A DNA stretch of 64,000 nt, from assembly GCA_965644265.1 (NCBI GenBank), contig OZ286463.1, positions 10,726,001 through 10,790,000 on the forward strand. Reading direction: 5' to 3'. Shown one piece after another: positions 15,010 through 29,652 of this stretch (the first letter of the stretch is position 1; each line of letters starts with the position of its first letter). A program made the position numbers and the translations under genes. Below the pieces are notes generated by a model. That model did not search any database. It saw only the letters and a list, made by a program, of their open reading frames with translations, and was not told the origin of the DNA. The DNA comes from Glycera tridactyla (lineage: Eukaryota).

Positions 15010-18000
15010 GTAAGTCTCCGCTTGATTTTTCATCTTTGCATTTCGGTGAATGATTCATATCATAAATTTGTTGAGAGAGCTATTGTTGAAATTTCCTGTG
15101 GAAAGATTTGACTAAGAAGTTGGTGTGCAAGCTATATTCTGAGCAGGATTATGAAATTGGTCATAGCCATTAGCAGCACCTCATTTTGTTGACAGTCCCG
15201 GGCTCTCAAACCCCGATTCGGCCATCAGTATCTCCTATCATGGGTTCATAGGTCCAGCATTTTTATCCCCATCAAATGGACCATTGTTTTGAGTCAAGGC
15301 CCATGTAATTTCTCATTCATGGGCCACAGGGACCCAATGACCTGTTGATGGTCTGAATTTCTATCAGTCCTGGAAGTATTAAGTCCTCATATATGGAGGT
15401 ACCATTTGGTGAAAAGTTGAGAAATGGTTGAAATTTTGCTGGGTGATTCAGTCTTTGCATACACTACATGTTTCAAAAAAATCACCCATATTTCTGAAAT
15501 TATGTTATCTTAGGAATCAGTTTTGTTTTTGTTTTGTTTTGATTCAGTTCCATTTCTGTCTTCACCACAAATTTCAGCGTATACTCCAAATATTGTATAG
15601 ACAAGCAAACATTCAGTCGTCCATATCATAGAAGATGCTCGCATCTGGAAGTATCTTGAAGCAACGGAAACACGTCAAATTTTGTGTGCATTTATATTTC
15701 AGTGAAATGTATGGCTGCATGATTTTTATTCACAAGTGATAGTCACTGGCTGCATTAGCGATGTCTGAGTACCGTATCCGCAGAATGAATCTTATTGGAC
15801 GTGATTAGCGTGGCGCGTATTTACTCAGTAGAACTCGCCCAGCATGCTAATTTAAAAGTTCGCTCATGTGATTTACGAGCACTGGTTCATTTCATAAAAG
15901 CCGTCATTATGGATTGTGAAGTTGCTTTTACGATTGCAAGACGAGATCGTTCATTGAGGATATTGTTTGTCGTTAGCTCTCGGTGCGAGTGTTGAACCTT
16001 ATACTTCAGTTGCCAAAAATTAGTTCCCGTGGGCCTTGCAAACCTGAAATGGCACTGTGGCCGTAGACCATCTATTTGATTCCGGGAAAATGCCTGGAAA
16101 TGTGCAAATCAATTCATCCTGCCAGAGACATTTGTATAATCATAGGAAGTTGGTGCTTATTGGGAGACATAAAGAGTAGATTAATGGGTGTTTTCCCAGG
16201 TTTCATTGTACACTAGTGATTGCCATTTTCAATCTGGATAGAATACAGTCTGTATGTACATTAACGGAATCCAGAGGAGTGAGAACCCTTAGTAAATGGC
16301 TGGTGATGCATACTGGAGTAGGAAGAGTGTGAGGCCTGGGGCGTGCCATGTCACTTTCCTGACATTTGTTGCTACTCCCACATGTGCAGATATTTGAACT
16401 AATTGCCTTTGCACTCCACTCATCTCTCCACCGAAGATTAGTTTCATCCTCTCGTCGGGGAGATAGTTCATCAGACTTGAGGATGTGAAAGTTAGGGTAG
16501 ATTCTCCCCTTATGGAATTTCTCTGATGCTCCCATTAGGTATGGTTTGCTGAGCAATTCGCAGCGCCTAATCGAGTTTTAAGTATTTTCATCGAAACTGG
16601 AGTGAAGAGGTGTCCAATCTCATTTGTCTGAATATTGCCATGCTTTGTGGCTCATTCCCATCGTCAAATTTCAGTTAGATTATTCTGAGGTCATTATAGT
16701 GAGATCAATTATGGTAGACAACTGTAATGAAGTCATCGTCGCAGGGGAACCAATTTGGGCCTCATCGGGGTTGTGGTAACTCGCAGTGTGTATTTCACAA
16801 GGACGACCGCGTGAGTGGCGTCATCGGTAGTTGATCCACCTGATTGCCGTCATGGCGGTAATCATGTTAGGCGAGCGCAATTATTTGCAGGTGCGCAGGC
16901 GTGCGGTGATGAACTGTGTATGATGTGTAACTTGCTCTTGTTCTATTATTCACTCATGACATTTAGCCGTATGTGTCGGCGGCGTGGTTTGCAGCATTCG
17001 CAATGTGCTTTATAACCGAGCGACGCGGGTCGTGACGCCAACGCGACTTGACTTGCTGGCTATATATCAGTGGTAGATGTTCTGTTGTCTGAGCCATATC
17101 AGTTAGAAATGGACCCAACCTTCCTCGCTTAAGTTTCTGCTTGACCAGTTCCTCCTCTGCAATAAGTATAAAATTGTCCACTATCCTACGTTGGCCTCAA
17201 CTTGTCTTTTGGGAAATGCATTTCGGATGATGCCGAATTTTTTGTGCAGCAGATTGATTTCACTTGCAAGAGGGAGGTGTTATGTCCGTGCGCGACGAGG
17301 ATGAGTAAGATAATTCCGCTAGTCGGATGATCGCGTGCTGTCCAGCTGCGGTGAACTGCATTAATCTTTCATTAGAGCGTTTAACCGGGTTTCGCATACC
17401 GCCGTAGTGTATGATATCCCCACGAGATTGATGGTGAGCCAATCAGACATCGACAAGGATTCGCTCGCTCTTATCGCCATGTGTTACGCTGTCATGTGCT
17501 CCTCCTGATCAGATTATCACTGGTTGTTGTACGCCAGGCTTGTCCTAATAGCGATCGCCATTTGACATGATCAACCCTTCCATTATTGAACACATATTAT
17601 TCCATAGGCACCTTGAGAAATCCTGCAGTCAATCATCAATAATGTATCTTTCAGGAATTAGTATTCCATGATTTGGCTTGGTCAGAAGGAATTGTAATTC
17701 CCGGAAAGGTCACACTCTTTATCTACTCTGTACAAAAGTTGAATTTCATGAACATTGCCTCGTATTTTGGCATTTGACATAAAAAAATAGGACCGTCCAA
17801 CATCAAAATTTTTTGCTTTCATAACTGTATGACTGGAGGGCTAGAGAAAAAGTCACTTTGATCACTAGGTACAGAATGAGTACCAGTGAGATTTGAACTG
17901 GTTCTATGCAACAAAATCATTGTAGAGATTGTGTTGTGATTAATAGGTGCTCTAAGTGTTGCCCAGCACGAAATGATATGTCATCCTCAGGAGCATCATA

Positions 18001-18171
18001 GACTGGATTGTGAATGTGCAAACATGTAATGTAGTTTCATGATTTTCCCTCATTTGCCATTTGTTGCTGACGGCGGTCTTTCACAACCCCTCCCAAAATA
18101 TGCAAATGTGCAGTGTGAACTATGAACGTTAATGTAGAGCAATGTGGGTGCATCCATTTTTCAAACTCACA

Positions 18172-18420
18172 NNNNNNNNNNNNNNNNNNNNNNNNNNNNN
18201 NNNNNNNNNNNNNNNNNNNNNNNNNNNNNNNNNNNNNNNNNNNNNNNNNNNNNNNNNNNNNNNNNNNNNNNNNNNNNNNNNNNNNNNNNNNNNNNNNNNN
18301 NNNNNNNNNNNNNNNNNNNNNNNNNNNNNNNNNNNNNNNNNNNNNNNNNNNNNNNNNNNNNNNNNNNNNNNNNNNNNNNNNNNNNNNNNNNNNNNNNNNN
18401 NNNNNNNNNNNNNNNNNNNN
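18172..18420. other. N gap (249 nt)
   Basis: Run of N. Confidence 0.99.
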
Positions 18421-18650
18421 CACTTGTGTCTGTCGCTCTTGACAGAGTTCTGGCGCGTCCGAGAAGTCAGCAGCCAGTATAGAGGCAGCAGTATACATCA
18501 ACATGTTTTTCCTCTGGTCACCTCCTACTAGATCACCAAGGAATGTGGGCTCTACTTGAGGCACTGCAGAGAGCTATTGATTCGCACAAGATCACTGGCA
18601 TTCTGGTCACCTCCAGTGCTATCCAAACCCGCCATTGTTGACAACCAATA

Positions 18651-18816
18651 TACAGTCGAACCTCCCTGTAAAGACCACCCTCGGTCGCATAAAAAAAGTG
18701 GCCTTTATAGGGAGGTGGTCTTTATAGAGAGGTCATTTACTGTAGAAAATACTACCACGGTCGCAGTTCAAGGCGGTCTTTATAGGGAGATGGTCTTTAG
18801 AGGAGGTTCGACTGTA
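18651..18816. mobile_element. MITE (TA TSD) with internal GACCAC/GTGGTC motifs, family 2
   Basis: Perfect 15-bp inverted ends TACAGTCGAACCTCC / GGAGGTTCGACTGTA. Degenerate relatives near 2762-2857, 3770-3855, 25795-25975 and 34677-35030. Confidence 0.85.
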
Positions 18817-20598
18817 GTCAAACCTGGTGAGGCTTCTTAGACAGCTGACCTTTGTATAGAGGTGATCTCGGACCCCTGATCCTGGGTCTATTGTTCTTGA
18901 ATGGCTTGCAACACACTTACATGCCTAATGGTCTGTTCCCATTATCTTGCATAGAAATTGGTTGAGAATATTGGTGAAAGAAGAACCAGCGATGTGATTG
19001 TTCAGAGGATTCTAACACGCAAATTCCTCATTTTAGATTGTCCCTGACCATTTTGAAGGCTCCCGTCATATTTCTTCATCCCTGAAACAGGAATGTTTTC
19101 AGATACTTTGTCAAGGTCGAGACAAAGTAGGTCAACAAAGTAGACCAGGCCTGTCAAAGTAGATCAGTGGGATGAGGATGACATGATATCAGTGGAGAGG
19201 TTTGGCAAGTGTGGCCAGCTGCGGGATTTATGCTGACTGCAATGGGAAAGGTGGTTTACAGGGTTGTCAAGTGTCAAAAATGACTCTATAGGGGCCTGCA
19301 GTACAAGGGGATAGAGGGGAACGGTGTGAGCTGGCTTGATCTTTCAGCACCACTGTTCCTGCAAGTGGGACTCTGAGAGAGGTACATGATCTATCAGCTT
19401 GCTCTCTCTTTCTCTCTTGGTCTGGAAGAATTTTTCTCCCCTGCTTGGGTTGTGCTTGATAGGCGATGCCGCCTGTTGCCTGTTACTGTCCATCATCTGT
19501 CCAGGTGGGCTTCCCTCCATCCACACCTGAGCCCCAGAAGAAGACTGCCTTCCCCTCCTCTAATTCACTATAGTCTGTTCATTCAATGCAAGAAAAAAAA
19601 AGCAGGCTATAGGTGACTTCAGTCAATGTGGTATTTTCCCTTTGAGATGCCTTCTCAAACTGTTGTGTAGGTCGAGGTGTGTCTGAACTGTCAGCCACTT
19701 CCACTTGACAACCTTTCAGGTTGTCATCATCTTGTGTTCAAGATTCGTGTAAATGATACCCGCAGGGGACAGAACATCTAGCCTTCATTGGTCTGGGGAA
19801 CCCTCAGTCTGAGCTGGTTACAACATATTGAAAATACCGTTTCACTCTCATCTAAGGTCTTATCAGTTCCAACCACTGTTGCCATGGTAATTTCCATAGC
19901 AACCAAGCATCACCAACTTTGTTTCGCTTTCTGTTGCCATGGATTTTTCTTTACAATTTTGAAGCATCTTTAATGTTGTGTTTTTATTAGCGTGCCCCTC
20001 CACCTCTTCTCCCACTATTGCATCTTTGTTTGTGTGCTGTAAGTAATTCTGCTATCGATCTGTGGGTGGAAATGAAGTGTGCTCTGTTGAAGATGAAAAA
20101 AAGAAGAGAGAGGGGAGTGCAGTGAAGGTATGCATGCAGTATGTGATGGCATGGTGTGTGTATAAGAGCTACTACATGTAGACACGGAGGCTGGCTCGGG
20201 AAGCCGCATGTGGGGTTGGTTGGTGGGTGCTGTGTACCATGCTCTGTTGATAAATGATGATGCCACCATGTTACCAGCCAAACATGCATAACTGCCGATA
20301 ACTTGCAGTTATTGCTCTTGCTCCTCCGCAAAATACCTCCTGCAAAATAACCTCCTACCAGTCAGTAGAAAAATGTGAAAGAAGAAAATACTCTCCTGTG
20401 CCTGCCCCTGCTGTGGTTCCTCCTCCTGCTCCTCCTCCTATGATTTTGCAATAATGACTATGCTTTCCTACTTTTCAAATTTTCTCATTATTCCATTGCG
20501 AATATTGACAGTGCTATGCTTTAACATTAGTATTGCTACTATTTTTTCCTTTTCCCCCGGGCCCTCGACTCCCCCTGCTCTTCCTCGTACCCCTCTTT

Positions 20599-20742
20599 CA
20601 GTGATGAAAGTTTTCAGATAATTATCTGAATTCAGATATTTTGGCATAGATAGCCCACATTTTCAGATATTTTGATCATAATGAAAATTTCGAGACGACG
20701 ACTGATTTCAGATATTTTTCATGATAATGACTTTCATCCCTA
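20599..20742. mobile_element. 144-bp hAT-like MITE with a 6-bp TSD (CTCTTT), copy 2
   Basis: Same element as 7440-7583, ending CTTTCATCCCTA, with its own different 6-bp direct flank. Confidence 0.88.
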
Positions 20743-21180
20743 CTCTTTTATGTATCATATGTCTTGTATATCACTCCTTTCTCCAGGTCTTCCTCACTGA
20801 ATAAGAAGTTGAGCTCTGCTATTGGCAAAACCTCTGAATTTGATGGATATGCTCTCATGAGTCGGTCAGTCAGACTACTGTTTGTTGTAGTATTCCATGT
20901 CACATTTGAGGAGTTTTGCCATGTGTAGGTGTGTTCACCCTTGTGACCGTTGACCTGCTAGCAAGCTGACTTGCCTATCCTCACTCTGTCCAGGTATATT
21001 ACTTTCCCTCCTTTACTTTTCTATCTTGACAGCTAAGGGACCAATTCACTGAAATATGCAATTGGCATAGGTGTGGTGGTTTGCAATGTTGGACCATGAC
21101 CTAGAAACCAAGAGTACCCATTCCAGTTCTGGGAACACCATCACTGGGGTGAAATTGCCCCCTCTCTCCGTCCTTTGGTG

Positions 21181-21229
21181 CTCCTCCTCCTCCTCCTCCT
21201 CCTCCTCCTCCTCCTCCTCCTCCTCCTCC
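21181..21229. repeat. (CCT)16 microsatellite
   Basis: Read directly. Confidence 0.95.
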
Positions 21230-24200
21230 ATCATGGCCATCATAACATCATCTCCGTTGTCATCTCATCTCGCCTGCATCACCCCCACAAGATGCTTCAC
21301 TTCATCATCCCACACTCATCACATGTAACTCTGATCATATCTCTGGTGCCTATCCTCCCATGTGCTTCATGCAGTTCCATCCCCATCATTTTGTGTTCAG
21401 GGTTTGTGTAAGTGTTGCCTGCAGGGGATAGAACATCTCACTTTCGTTGACCAGAAATCTCTAGGTTGATGCTGGGTGGATACTTTTTCTCTTCCTTGTG
21501 TCAGAGTCAATACTGCTTTGTCTCATTGACTGGATTGGAATGTCAAAATTCCATCAGATCCAAGCTCTCAGGGGTCATTTCTGATTTTGTCTGAAGGTGT
21601 TGAATGACGTTGAACAAAGAAGGGGACAGGCACTGACAGTTGCCAGTTTTGGCCTCCTATTTATTTTTCATCAGATTGTCGATGATGGGTGATCTTTTTT
21701 GTGAGTCAGGGCTAATCTGAAAGAGAGAAAGAGGCTGAGAGGGGAGGGGGGTAAGAGGTTAGCCGGCGATGTCTAGCATATGGTTTGAGGCAACTCTGGC
21801 CAACAGAAAGAACGCGGTTTCCTCTCTCTCATCATTTTGAGCTTCTTCACCCTTGCCTGCAATCAAAGCTGCTCAATGCTTCCGCTTGCTCCAGGCCAAT
21901 TGTACTCGATTGCTCGACTCCCCCATGAATAAGGAAAGGGTTCCCTAGCGGAATCGGATTGGTCTATCTGTTGAGAGCCTGGGGCCATCCCCTCAGATAT
22001 CTGCAGAGTGATCCCCAATGATATCTTTGGAGCATGGTGGGAGGGAACTCTGGAAGCACAGATCTTTGCCATGTGGCGATTCTGAATTGGAAAGTGATGC
22101 CACCTTGCAATGAAATTGTGCACATTTAGGATAATTTTTTGAGTGAATTTTGAGAACCAAAATTTTCCGGGTGTGGGCCAAAAGTTAAAAATTGGGTGGT
22201 TTGTCAGTATTATTGATCTACCACAGTCAAGTGACATAATGGTCCATATGTGGAAATTTGAAAAAAACCTAGGTGGATGTTGGCGTGCTGGCAATCCAGA
22301 TTCAAATCCACAACAAGAAATCAATGATTTCTAAGAATGTAATTTGAACATTCCAACGGTCTATTTTGAAATATATCTCATTTTGAGCTCCATCAGGCAC
22401 TTGGGAAGCCATCGACATCGAAGCCATTGCCATCGTTTGCCTTTGACTGACGACTTCAGTTGCTGCCTGCTATTGGGTGGGCCTGGTAAATCGGTTTGAC
22501 ATATTATCTGTTGACATATGACATGTTTTATGTATTATTTGCTTTCAAATTCCAGCTGAATAATCCACGTCTGCGTTTGATGCCACTTGATGTCTGGTCG
22601 GGTTGGCTGATGTATAATGTGCATACTTGTATGCAGTATATTAATCATGGGGGGGGGAGATATGTGTGTGTGTATACACATACTTGTCAGAAGTGGCCCA
22701 GCAGCCATCTTAGATGCATGTTTTCTTAGCTTTGTTTACAGTCGACACCTTCCTGACATGCCCACCCCCCAGCGCTGAAGTTTCTAGGCAATACAGCCTC
22801 AATCATTCACATCATAGCTGCCTATGTTGGTTTGAGTGACCTCATGCCGCCCAAGGAGAACATGCATGTGCCAACAGAAGGTCATTCTAGGGTGCCTTGC
22901 AATGATTCATGCTCGGGGTTGGGGGTTGTGCGTACTACCCCCCCCCCCCCCCCCCACACACGCGCGCGCACACACATCTCGTAGATGCTCATTCCTCCTC
23001 CAGCTGCTCATCTGATGCCCGTCCACCCAGCCCTCCTACTCTCCTCACCCCATTCTTACCTCACTGTTACCATGGCAACATAATATCTCTCCTGGAGAAA
23101 TATCGACTGGTATCATTTATTTACAGCCTGGGTGGTGGCTGTGATGTTATCTAGGTGAGGGTTGATAGCTTTATCTGACTGGAGCAGTAGTGATGGGCAG
23201 GTACCGAGTGGGTCCCGCTAGAAATTGAGATTATTATCAGTAATTCTGAAAGAAAATGTGCTGAAACTTTATTCCAATATCATGTTGTGGATATGTTGAG
23301 GAAAAAATATCTCAGTACAGTATGACTGGACTATAAAAAGAGGCATGTGAACTGGGAATGCACATGGTTTACGATATAAGATATATGTCCTCTTTTGGGC
23401 CCTCAAATAGCCCAACATATTATGCAATGGCTATGGCAATTTCACAACAACGCAAGTTTTTCGGGTGAATATCCGAAATTGAATATTTCGGCTCCAGCTT
23501 TCCACATTTACAAATGTGATGAATATTTGGAACGTTCCTGGATGGGGATTTTCATCCCTGCTTTTAAAGGTGAGATTATCCCAGTATTGAAGTGGATGTG
23601 ATGACTGAGGGTTGAATTGATGAATGGGGTTTCAATAATGAGGGGGTTAAGATGTGATGAATGATAATCCAGATTGATTGGAAGTCCCGGCAGTTTAATT
23701 GTTGTACAAAGTCTAATTCATCAGGAAGGCAGCAATAGGTAACATGACTTACAACATTTCTCGCAGCTGTCAAAAGACGCTTGATTGAGAGCAATCAGAT
23801 CTAATGGTGAAGTTACATTCCAATCAGCGTCAGCGGCTGCGAATTTGTGAGAGCGCAAAGGTGCAGTAATGCGGTGTCGAGCCGATCGTACATGGCGCTC
23901 CACAAACGACAAGTCTAGATGTCACTTCGTGAGTTGTCACTGTAAATAATGCTTGAAAGAAATGTCAATAGTAATTGTATGTGGGTCAGATCACGGCCGC
24001 CGTCGCTTTTCTCCACGTTCGTTTGCCTGCATTAGAGGCGCGCAGTGTACGTAGATCGACCAACAAACATTGTCTGTGTACCGTGACGCTGGTGAGAAAA
24101 CCTGATGGGATTAGACGCTCAAAAACGATGACGACAACGAGAGCATAAGATGCGAGCGAGCGAGTGAGCGGAGAAGAAGCTCCTCGCCAGAAGAAAATGA

Positions 24201-27200
24201 ATGTCAATATGTTTGATGACTCGTGTATCGCAGAATCGACCGATATTGGCCGCAGATATTGTGTTCCTCCATATCGGCCAACAACTTCCCAATATTGTGA
24301 TTCATCGGAAATGAAGCTCGATCTAGTTGATGGAAGGTGCACATTATGGCAATTTGCCGATCTTCTCCGTATTCTTCCGCACTCTAATCTCATATGTGCC
24401 AATGAAAGAGACATGGACAGTTAAACACCGATGTCTTGATGCAACCGGGCAAGTTCCATTGTTGAACGCATAAATCATACATGGGTTATTGACCTTGACA
24501 ATATGCTATGGTATCTACAGAATACAGACCCCTGGTTCATCCATTGAGATGCAATTTAGAACCTGTCAATATTGGGTACTTTTCATTTCAACCACTTATT
24601 TTATTCACCTCAAATGTGGCCCTTGTAATGTCAAATTACAAATCTCCAAAAAAATTCAGAATTCTTTAGGTTAGATGAGATATTGTATTTGGAAAATCGT
24701 TAACAATCTGCCTGGAAGTTTCAGGACTTGTACTTTCAAAGGGATGTGGGGATCTTCGAAAAAAAATTCTGAAATTTGGCTTCATCTCATTGACACCGCT
24801 GCTAATATCTAGCCAACGGGATGGATGGATTATTGCATGAATGTGGGACGAGTATTGTTGCAGTCACTTGGCGTTCGGCTTGAGTAACTTCATCTCCGTG
24901 TGAACTAGAGCCCGGTGATCATGTGTGAACAGTACAGATTGACTCACGGACGGCGTATGTGGCATCACGCCAGTGTTTGCTCACCACTCTATCTCAAGTG
25001 ACGTTTTCTAGAAGCCCCTGGCAAGCCCAGTCCATGGCGACATCATCGGCGGCGGCGGCGGCGGCGGCAACTTGAGACAAATGTTGCCATGTTTGCCACT
25101 CTCATCTCCGCCGAGGTGACCCACTTGTGATGTGTGGAAGAAGAGAAGGTGGTAAAAATCCACTATCTCCTGGATATGTAGTCAAACCTGCTCAAGGGAC
25201 TATCTCTAGAAAATCTCAAATAATCCAGCAAGGGTTGAAGAGACTAAGCCCTACTCAAGCAATCAGTCAACCACCTGCCTGCAAAATCCACCCTGACCTG
25301 AAAATATGATAGTACTACCAACTCGAAACCACCTTGCTACAAAGGCCTTCTGCCTACAAAGACCACATATTCATGCAACCAAGGCTAATCACCATAGAAA
25401 GATTTGAGTAAACTCTGTATCTGTTGGAAAGTTTGCATTTTATGACATAGTCTGTCTCCGGCCAGCCTGTTTGGTGGCCATTTTGAACCAATTTTGTGGA
25501 TCCTAAAAATGTAAAGTTGCTATTTTGCTGAAAGCGATGTTTCTGTATTTTCCGTATCAAAGTAACCATGTCGTTATGTGCTGAGTTTCTGCTCAAGCGT
25601 GCATGACCATGGTTCGGCATGATCATATCTCCGAACATGATACCTGAAATAAGTTAATTGCAGTCATAAGTCATAATTCCCTCTTGTGCCTTGTGACAGT
25701 GTTTCCCCTTCGCTTGACACGTGGTATTCATTAGTCACCGGGGGAACTCCGCAACGAGTTCAGTTCACAACTGTTTACCTGAAGCAAACCATCTACTGTC
25801 AGAGCCGCCTATGAAGACCACTCTAGTCACATATGAAGAGTGGTATTTGAAGAGAGATGGCCTATGTAGAGAGGTCATTTACTGTAAATTATGGTATAAT
25901 TGCATGCTCGCACTTTATGGTGTCCTATTAGTAGGCATGTGGCATTTGTATAGAGGTGGTCTGTAGAGCAGCCTTGTCTATTTCACCCAAACCCGTTTTC
26001 ATATTGAATTCAGGTCATCGTCAGATCCAAAATTTGAAGCATTTGCAAGCTTCCTTGAGAACGTAATGAAATATGACACTGAGTTCATTCACTTCAAACT
26101 AGCAGTGACATTTGTATTGGTTGATATCCACTTCAAAGCCTCCAGTCAAAATATACCAAGCTTGGAGAAGTGGAAATCAAATGAATGCAGGACTCGGAAT
26201 GGTTATTGCTGATGAATTATGGGAATCGTGGGGCGTATTGCACTTGCGGCATGCAATCTTTCGGAGAACATGATGGTTGTAAAGCCGTCGTCGTCTAGCG
26301 CTTCCAGTCCCACCATCGTCATGCAAGCTTCATAAATGATCCGCTGCTGCGTCTTCTCACCTATACCTAATGTACATCATCATCTCTACACAACGTGTAA
26401 CCCCTGCCTCCTGTGTGAGCCTCTAATTCATGAGAACAACAAACATTCAGTGACAATAACATTGGAACAATTTTCACGGATGGATTATCTGTGTTTATTC
26501 CATGTATTTGGCAACTAGAGTTTTCCTGGATGTCAAAATCTGCATTTGTTGGACCTGAATCTTGTGTAAGCTCATTTGTTTGTCCAAAGTGGGCATTTGG
26601 GGTTTTCACTGCGTATTTGTGGATGTCTTGAGTGTTGCCCAAAATACAGTGAAATCTGCGACAATAGACCGCCCTATGTTATATAGAAAAGATGCCCTGC
26701 AAAGTGGTCTCCCATCAAATTGATCTCCTGCTGGTGTGAGGTCTCTTGTCGCCGGTCTTACTGTATAAATGCAGGAAAATTTTCATTTGTGAGTATAGGG
26801 AGCAAAAAAGAGAGAGATAAAATTGACTTGCAATAATTGGAGAAAGGTCCCACTTGTGTTGAATGTTTGACCAACGGTGTTTTTCATTTGAACGAACACT
26901 TGTGTATGTGGGGGAAAGAGGTTAGGCACCTGGGAATGACAGACTGGATGTTGGGGGAGGACAAAGGCTGCCGTTCTTCCGACAAAGGCTGCCGTTCTTC
27001 TCTCCTGTATTGAGATAAGTAGCCCGCTGGTGATGAATGTTTGCCACCAGTTTTTTGGCAGGATTTTTTCGACTCTCTGTTGTTGCCAATTGTGGGATTG
27101 CTTAGAAGCTAGTGTATTGGGCGTGCAGTGAAAAATAGATTTTGACAGGCGACTTCAATGGCACAGGGATGAGGTATGAGGTGATTTTCTCTGGAGGAAA

Positions 27201-28308
27201 GCATTTTTATATGCGCTTCGCTTGTGTGTACATGCCTCAGCTTTAGAATATGCTGCACATCTCAGAAATGATTCCTAGACATTTACTCATTTAATCATTT
27301 CAGTCCCTCTCATCTGAGAATGCAGTATTGAAAGGGTGGAAGTTAAAGATCATTTTACAAGCTAGGGTAACTTATTGCTAGCATAAACATTTACATGAAG
27401 ACAAAACTACCCTCTGGTGATAAGTACAACATGTCATGTAAATTTGTACGATGTAATTGGCCGGAGCTTGTTGTCACGCATTCCTATTCAACTGCTTCCA
27501 AAAGTCACCCGCAGCATCTTGCAGATGCTAAGATGTATATCCAGTGTCATTTTTGAAGAAATCACAACTCACGCAAGCTGCACCTGTACTCCTGATATTG
27601 GATTTGGTAGGATTTCTTGTGCTCCCCGCCCCTCCCTTCCCGTGGATTGGGGCCGTGTAATTGAAGGCATCTTTCATCACGGTTTGTCATTTCCATCGGG
27701 GTTTCGTATGATCGGTGACGCGGCTTCATGGTTCTGCCGTGTCATCCACTTGACCTCTCGGAGTCAGTCGACCGTAGGGATGTCGCCATCGCTGTTTTCG
27801 GTGTCATCGTCGCTCATCCGCGACATTCTGATGCAGCGAGCGTGACAGTCTAATAGCGTTGCCTATCACAACATCGAACTTCCCATCTTTTTTCTTGCCG
27901 TGCTCGGTCGCTCACAGTGTTTATAGCTGTTTTATTTCATTCTTGGGTCGTGTTTAATGCCTTACATTCTGGTGCTGGCTAGAGATCGAAATAAAAAAGG
28001 CGGTCATATATTTGAATTGCTGAACTACTTAATTGATGGCAGATATTGACCTCACTCGAGTGATTATGTACTTTTCTGCGTTGCTGGGAAACCACTCATC
28101 CAATGAGATCTTAACTTCTTGCACACCTTTTCCAATTAGTTAGCAAGGCTTTTCAAGGAGCTTTCAGGACACTGCTATCTTCTTTCATCAGCTTGTAGAG
28201 CTGTATAAGTAGGTGTTGGGAGCTTTGTCACCTTTGTCTTTGCCTAGAAAGTGCTGACCCTGTCCTGGTTATTGTTGGAATAGCAAATCCATCCATGCCA
28301 AATTGTAT

Positions 28309-28490
28309 TACAGTCAAACTTGTCCTAAGCATGAAGCCATGAGAAGTGAAAAAAGTGTGTGCTCAGGGCAAGTTCATGCTTGAAACAGGTCAATTATAGT
28401 GAAAAATATTCAGACGGGATAAACAAAATCCTGTTGCTTAGGGCAAGTTCTTGCTTAGTCCAAGTCTTGCTTAGGACAAGTTTGACTGTA
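28309..28490 (+). mobile_element. MITE family 1 copy b (diverged)
   Basis: TA-CAGTCAAACTTGTCCTAAGCA ... TGCTTAGGACAAGTTTGACTG-TA. Internal CAATTATAGTGA as in copy a; same length (~182 bp). Confidence 0.82.
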
Positions 28491-29544
28491 CATTGGTTGC
28501 AATAGTTTTGATGTGTGATGTTGGCAAGAATTTCAAAGGAATTCAGTTGAGCTATTGTTCACCCTCTTGGTCAACATTTAAGGAGGTTGCATCGAATAAG
28601 AAAAAACCAACTCTCGATCCTAATTTTTTGTGTGCTTCACAATTACTATACGTAGTGTTGGGAAATGGAAGAAAAATGATATGTCATGGTTGTATTTTCC
28701 AAGTTATGACCATATGATCCGATGGCAAAATTTGACAAAGTGAGATTTGTTCTTTCTTTATAAATCTCTTGATTTTTGACACTTTTTGTCTCAGTTTTCT
28801 GTTTAACAACCAGGTGATGGTTGAAAAGGCTTATCCCTTGGACATGGTGATCAGTGGATCCAGAAACATATGATTTTTAGTGAAAATTTGTTGCCTAATC
28901 AAAACCACTGTTGAGAAATCACACAATTTTCATGCATATATCTCTGTATAACACTTGGAAAAACCCAACTCTAAGAGTTTAAATTTACATGGTGGGTTTC
29001 GCTATGAAGTTATCTTTCAGAAAAAATCGAACAAATCAGGGGTCATGGTTTAAATGAATTGTCCACAAGACATTGTATTCCTGATTATCCAACTCCAAGG
29101 CAAGAAAAGATCCTGAAGACCCTGTGACTTACTCGTTGACAACAGGTGTTATCTATCAGTGGGGGCGGTTGATGGATATATAATGAGTTTTATGGCATCT
29201 AGGCTACCCTCACTGACCTTTGAACCCCACTAAAGCTGCGCAGTCTGGCTGTGCACTGGCAATACGCTGCATCCTTCTTAAAGATATAACTTCGAATTTG
29301 CAGTCAGCTGTAGTTTTAACCGATTTATGACGCAGTTTGCTTCGCTTAGTTGTGTGTATTTTTTGTTTGACCTGGAGTGTACACATTAATATACCTCTGG
29401 TCCGAGAGTTAGAGGTTTGGCTGGCAATTTTGAGTTTGGATTGTTCACTGGAGTGTGACTGATAGAAGGGATTCGAAATTGGAGGGGGCGCGCAGGTCAA
29501 GTGTGAAAGATTTACTGTGGAGCGTTGCGTTCATCCTCCTTCAG

Positions 29545-29652
29545 ATCATATCTCCTCCTCTCCCTCAAGCTGCAGCCACTGTACCCCATCCTGTGCTTGT
29601 TCAATCCTTTTGCTACTCCCTTCGGAGAACTGCAAATTCAGAAATTTCTCAG
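29545..29652 (+). CDS. Candidate in-frame cassette exon IISPPLPQAAATVPHPVLVQSFCYSLRRTANSEISQ (108 nt, phase 0-0) between KH and QUA2
   Basis: Acceptor ttcatcctccttcag|ATC, strong donor CAG|gtaaga, length divisible by 3, no stop in the required frame. No homology support. Confidence 0.35.

Noticed and set aside
21033-21070. Strong acceptor (cttgacag|) with donor TAG|gtgtgg
   Set aside because: The 38-nt exon is frameshifting, the donor is weak and there is no homology; not distinguishable from a pseudo-exon.
21046-21411. Poly-Glu, poly-Ser and poly-Leu ORFs; also the HTHT and CVRA repeat ORFs at 33979 and 37696
   Set aside because: Microsatellite translations.
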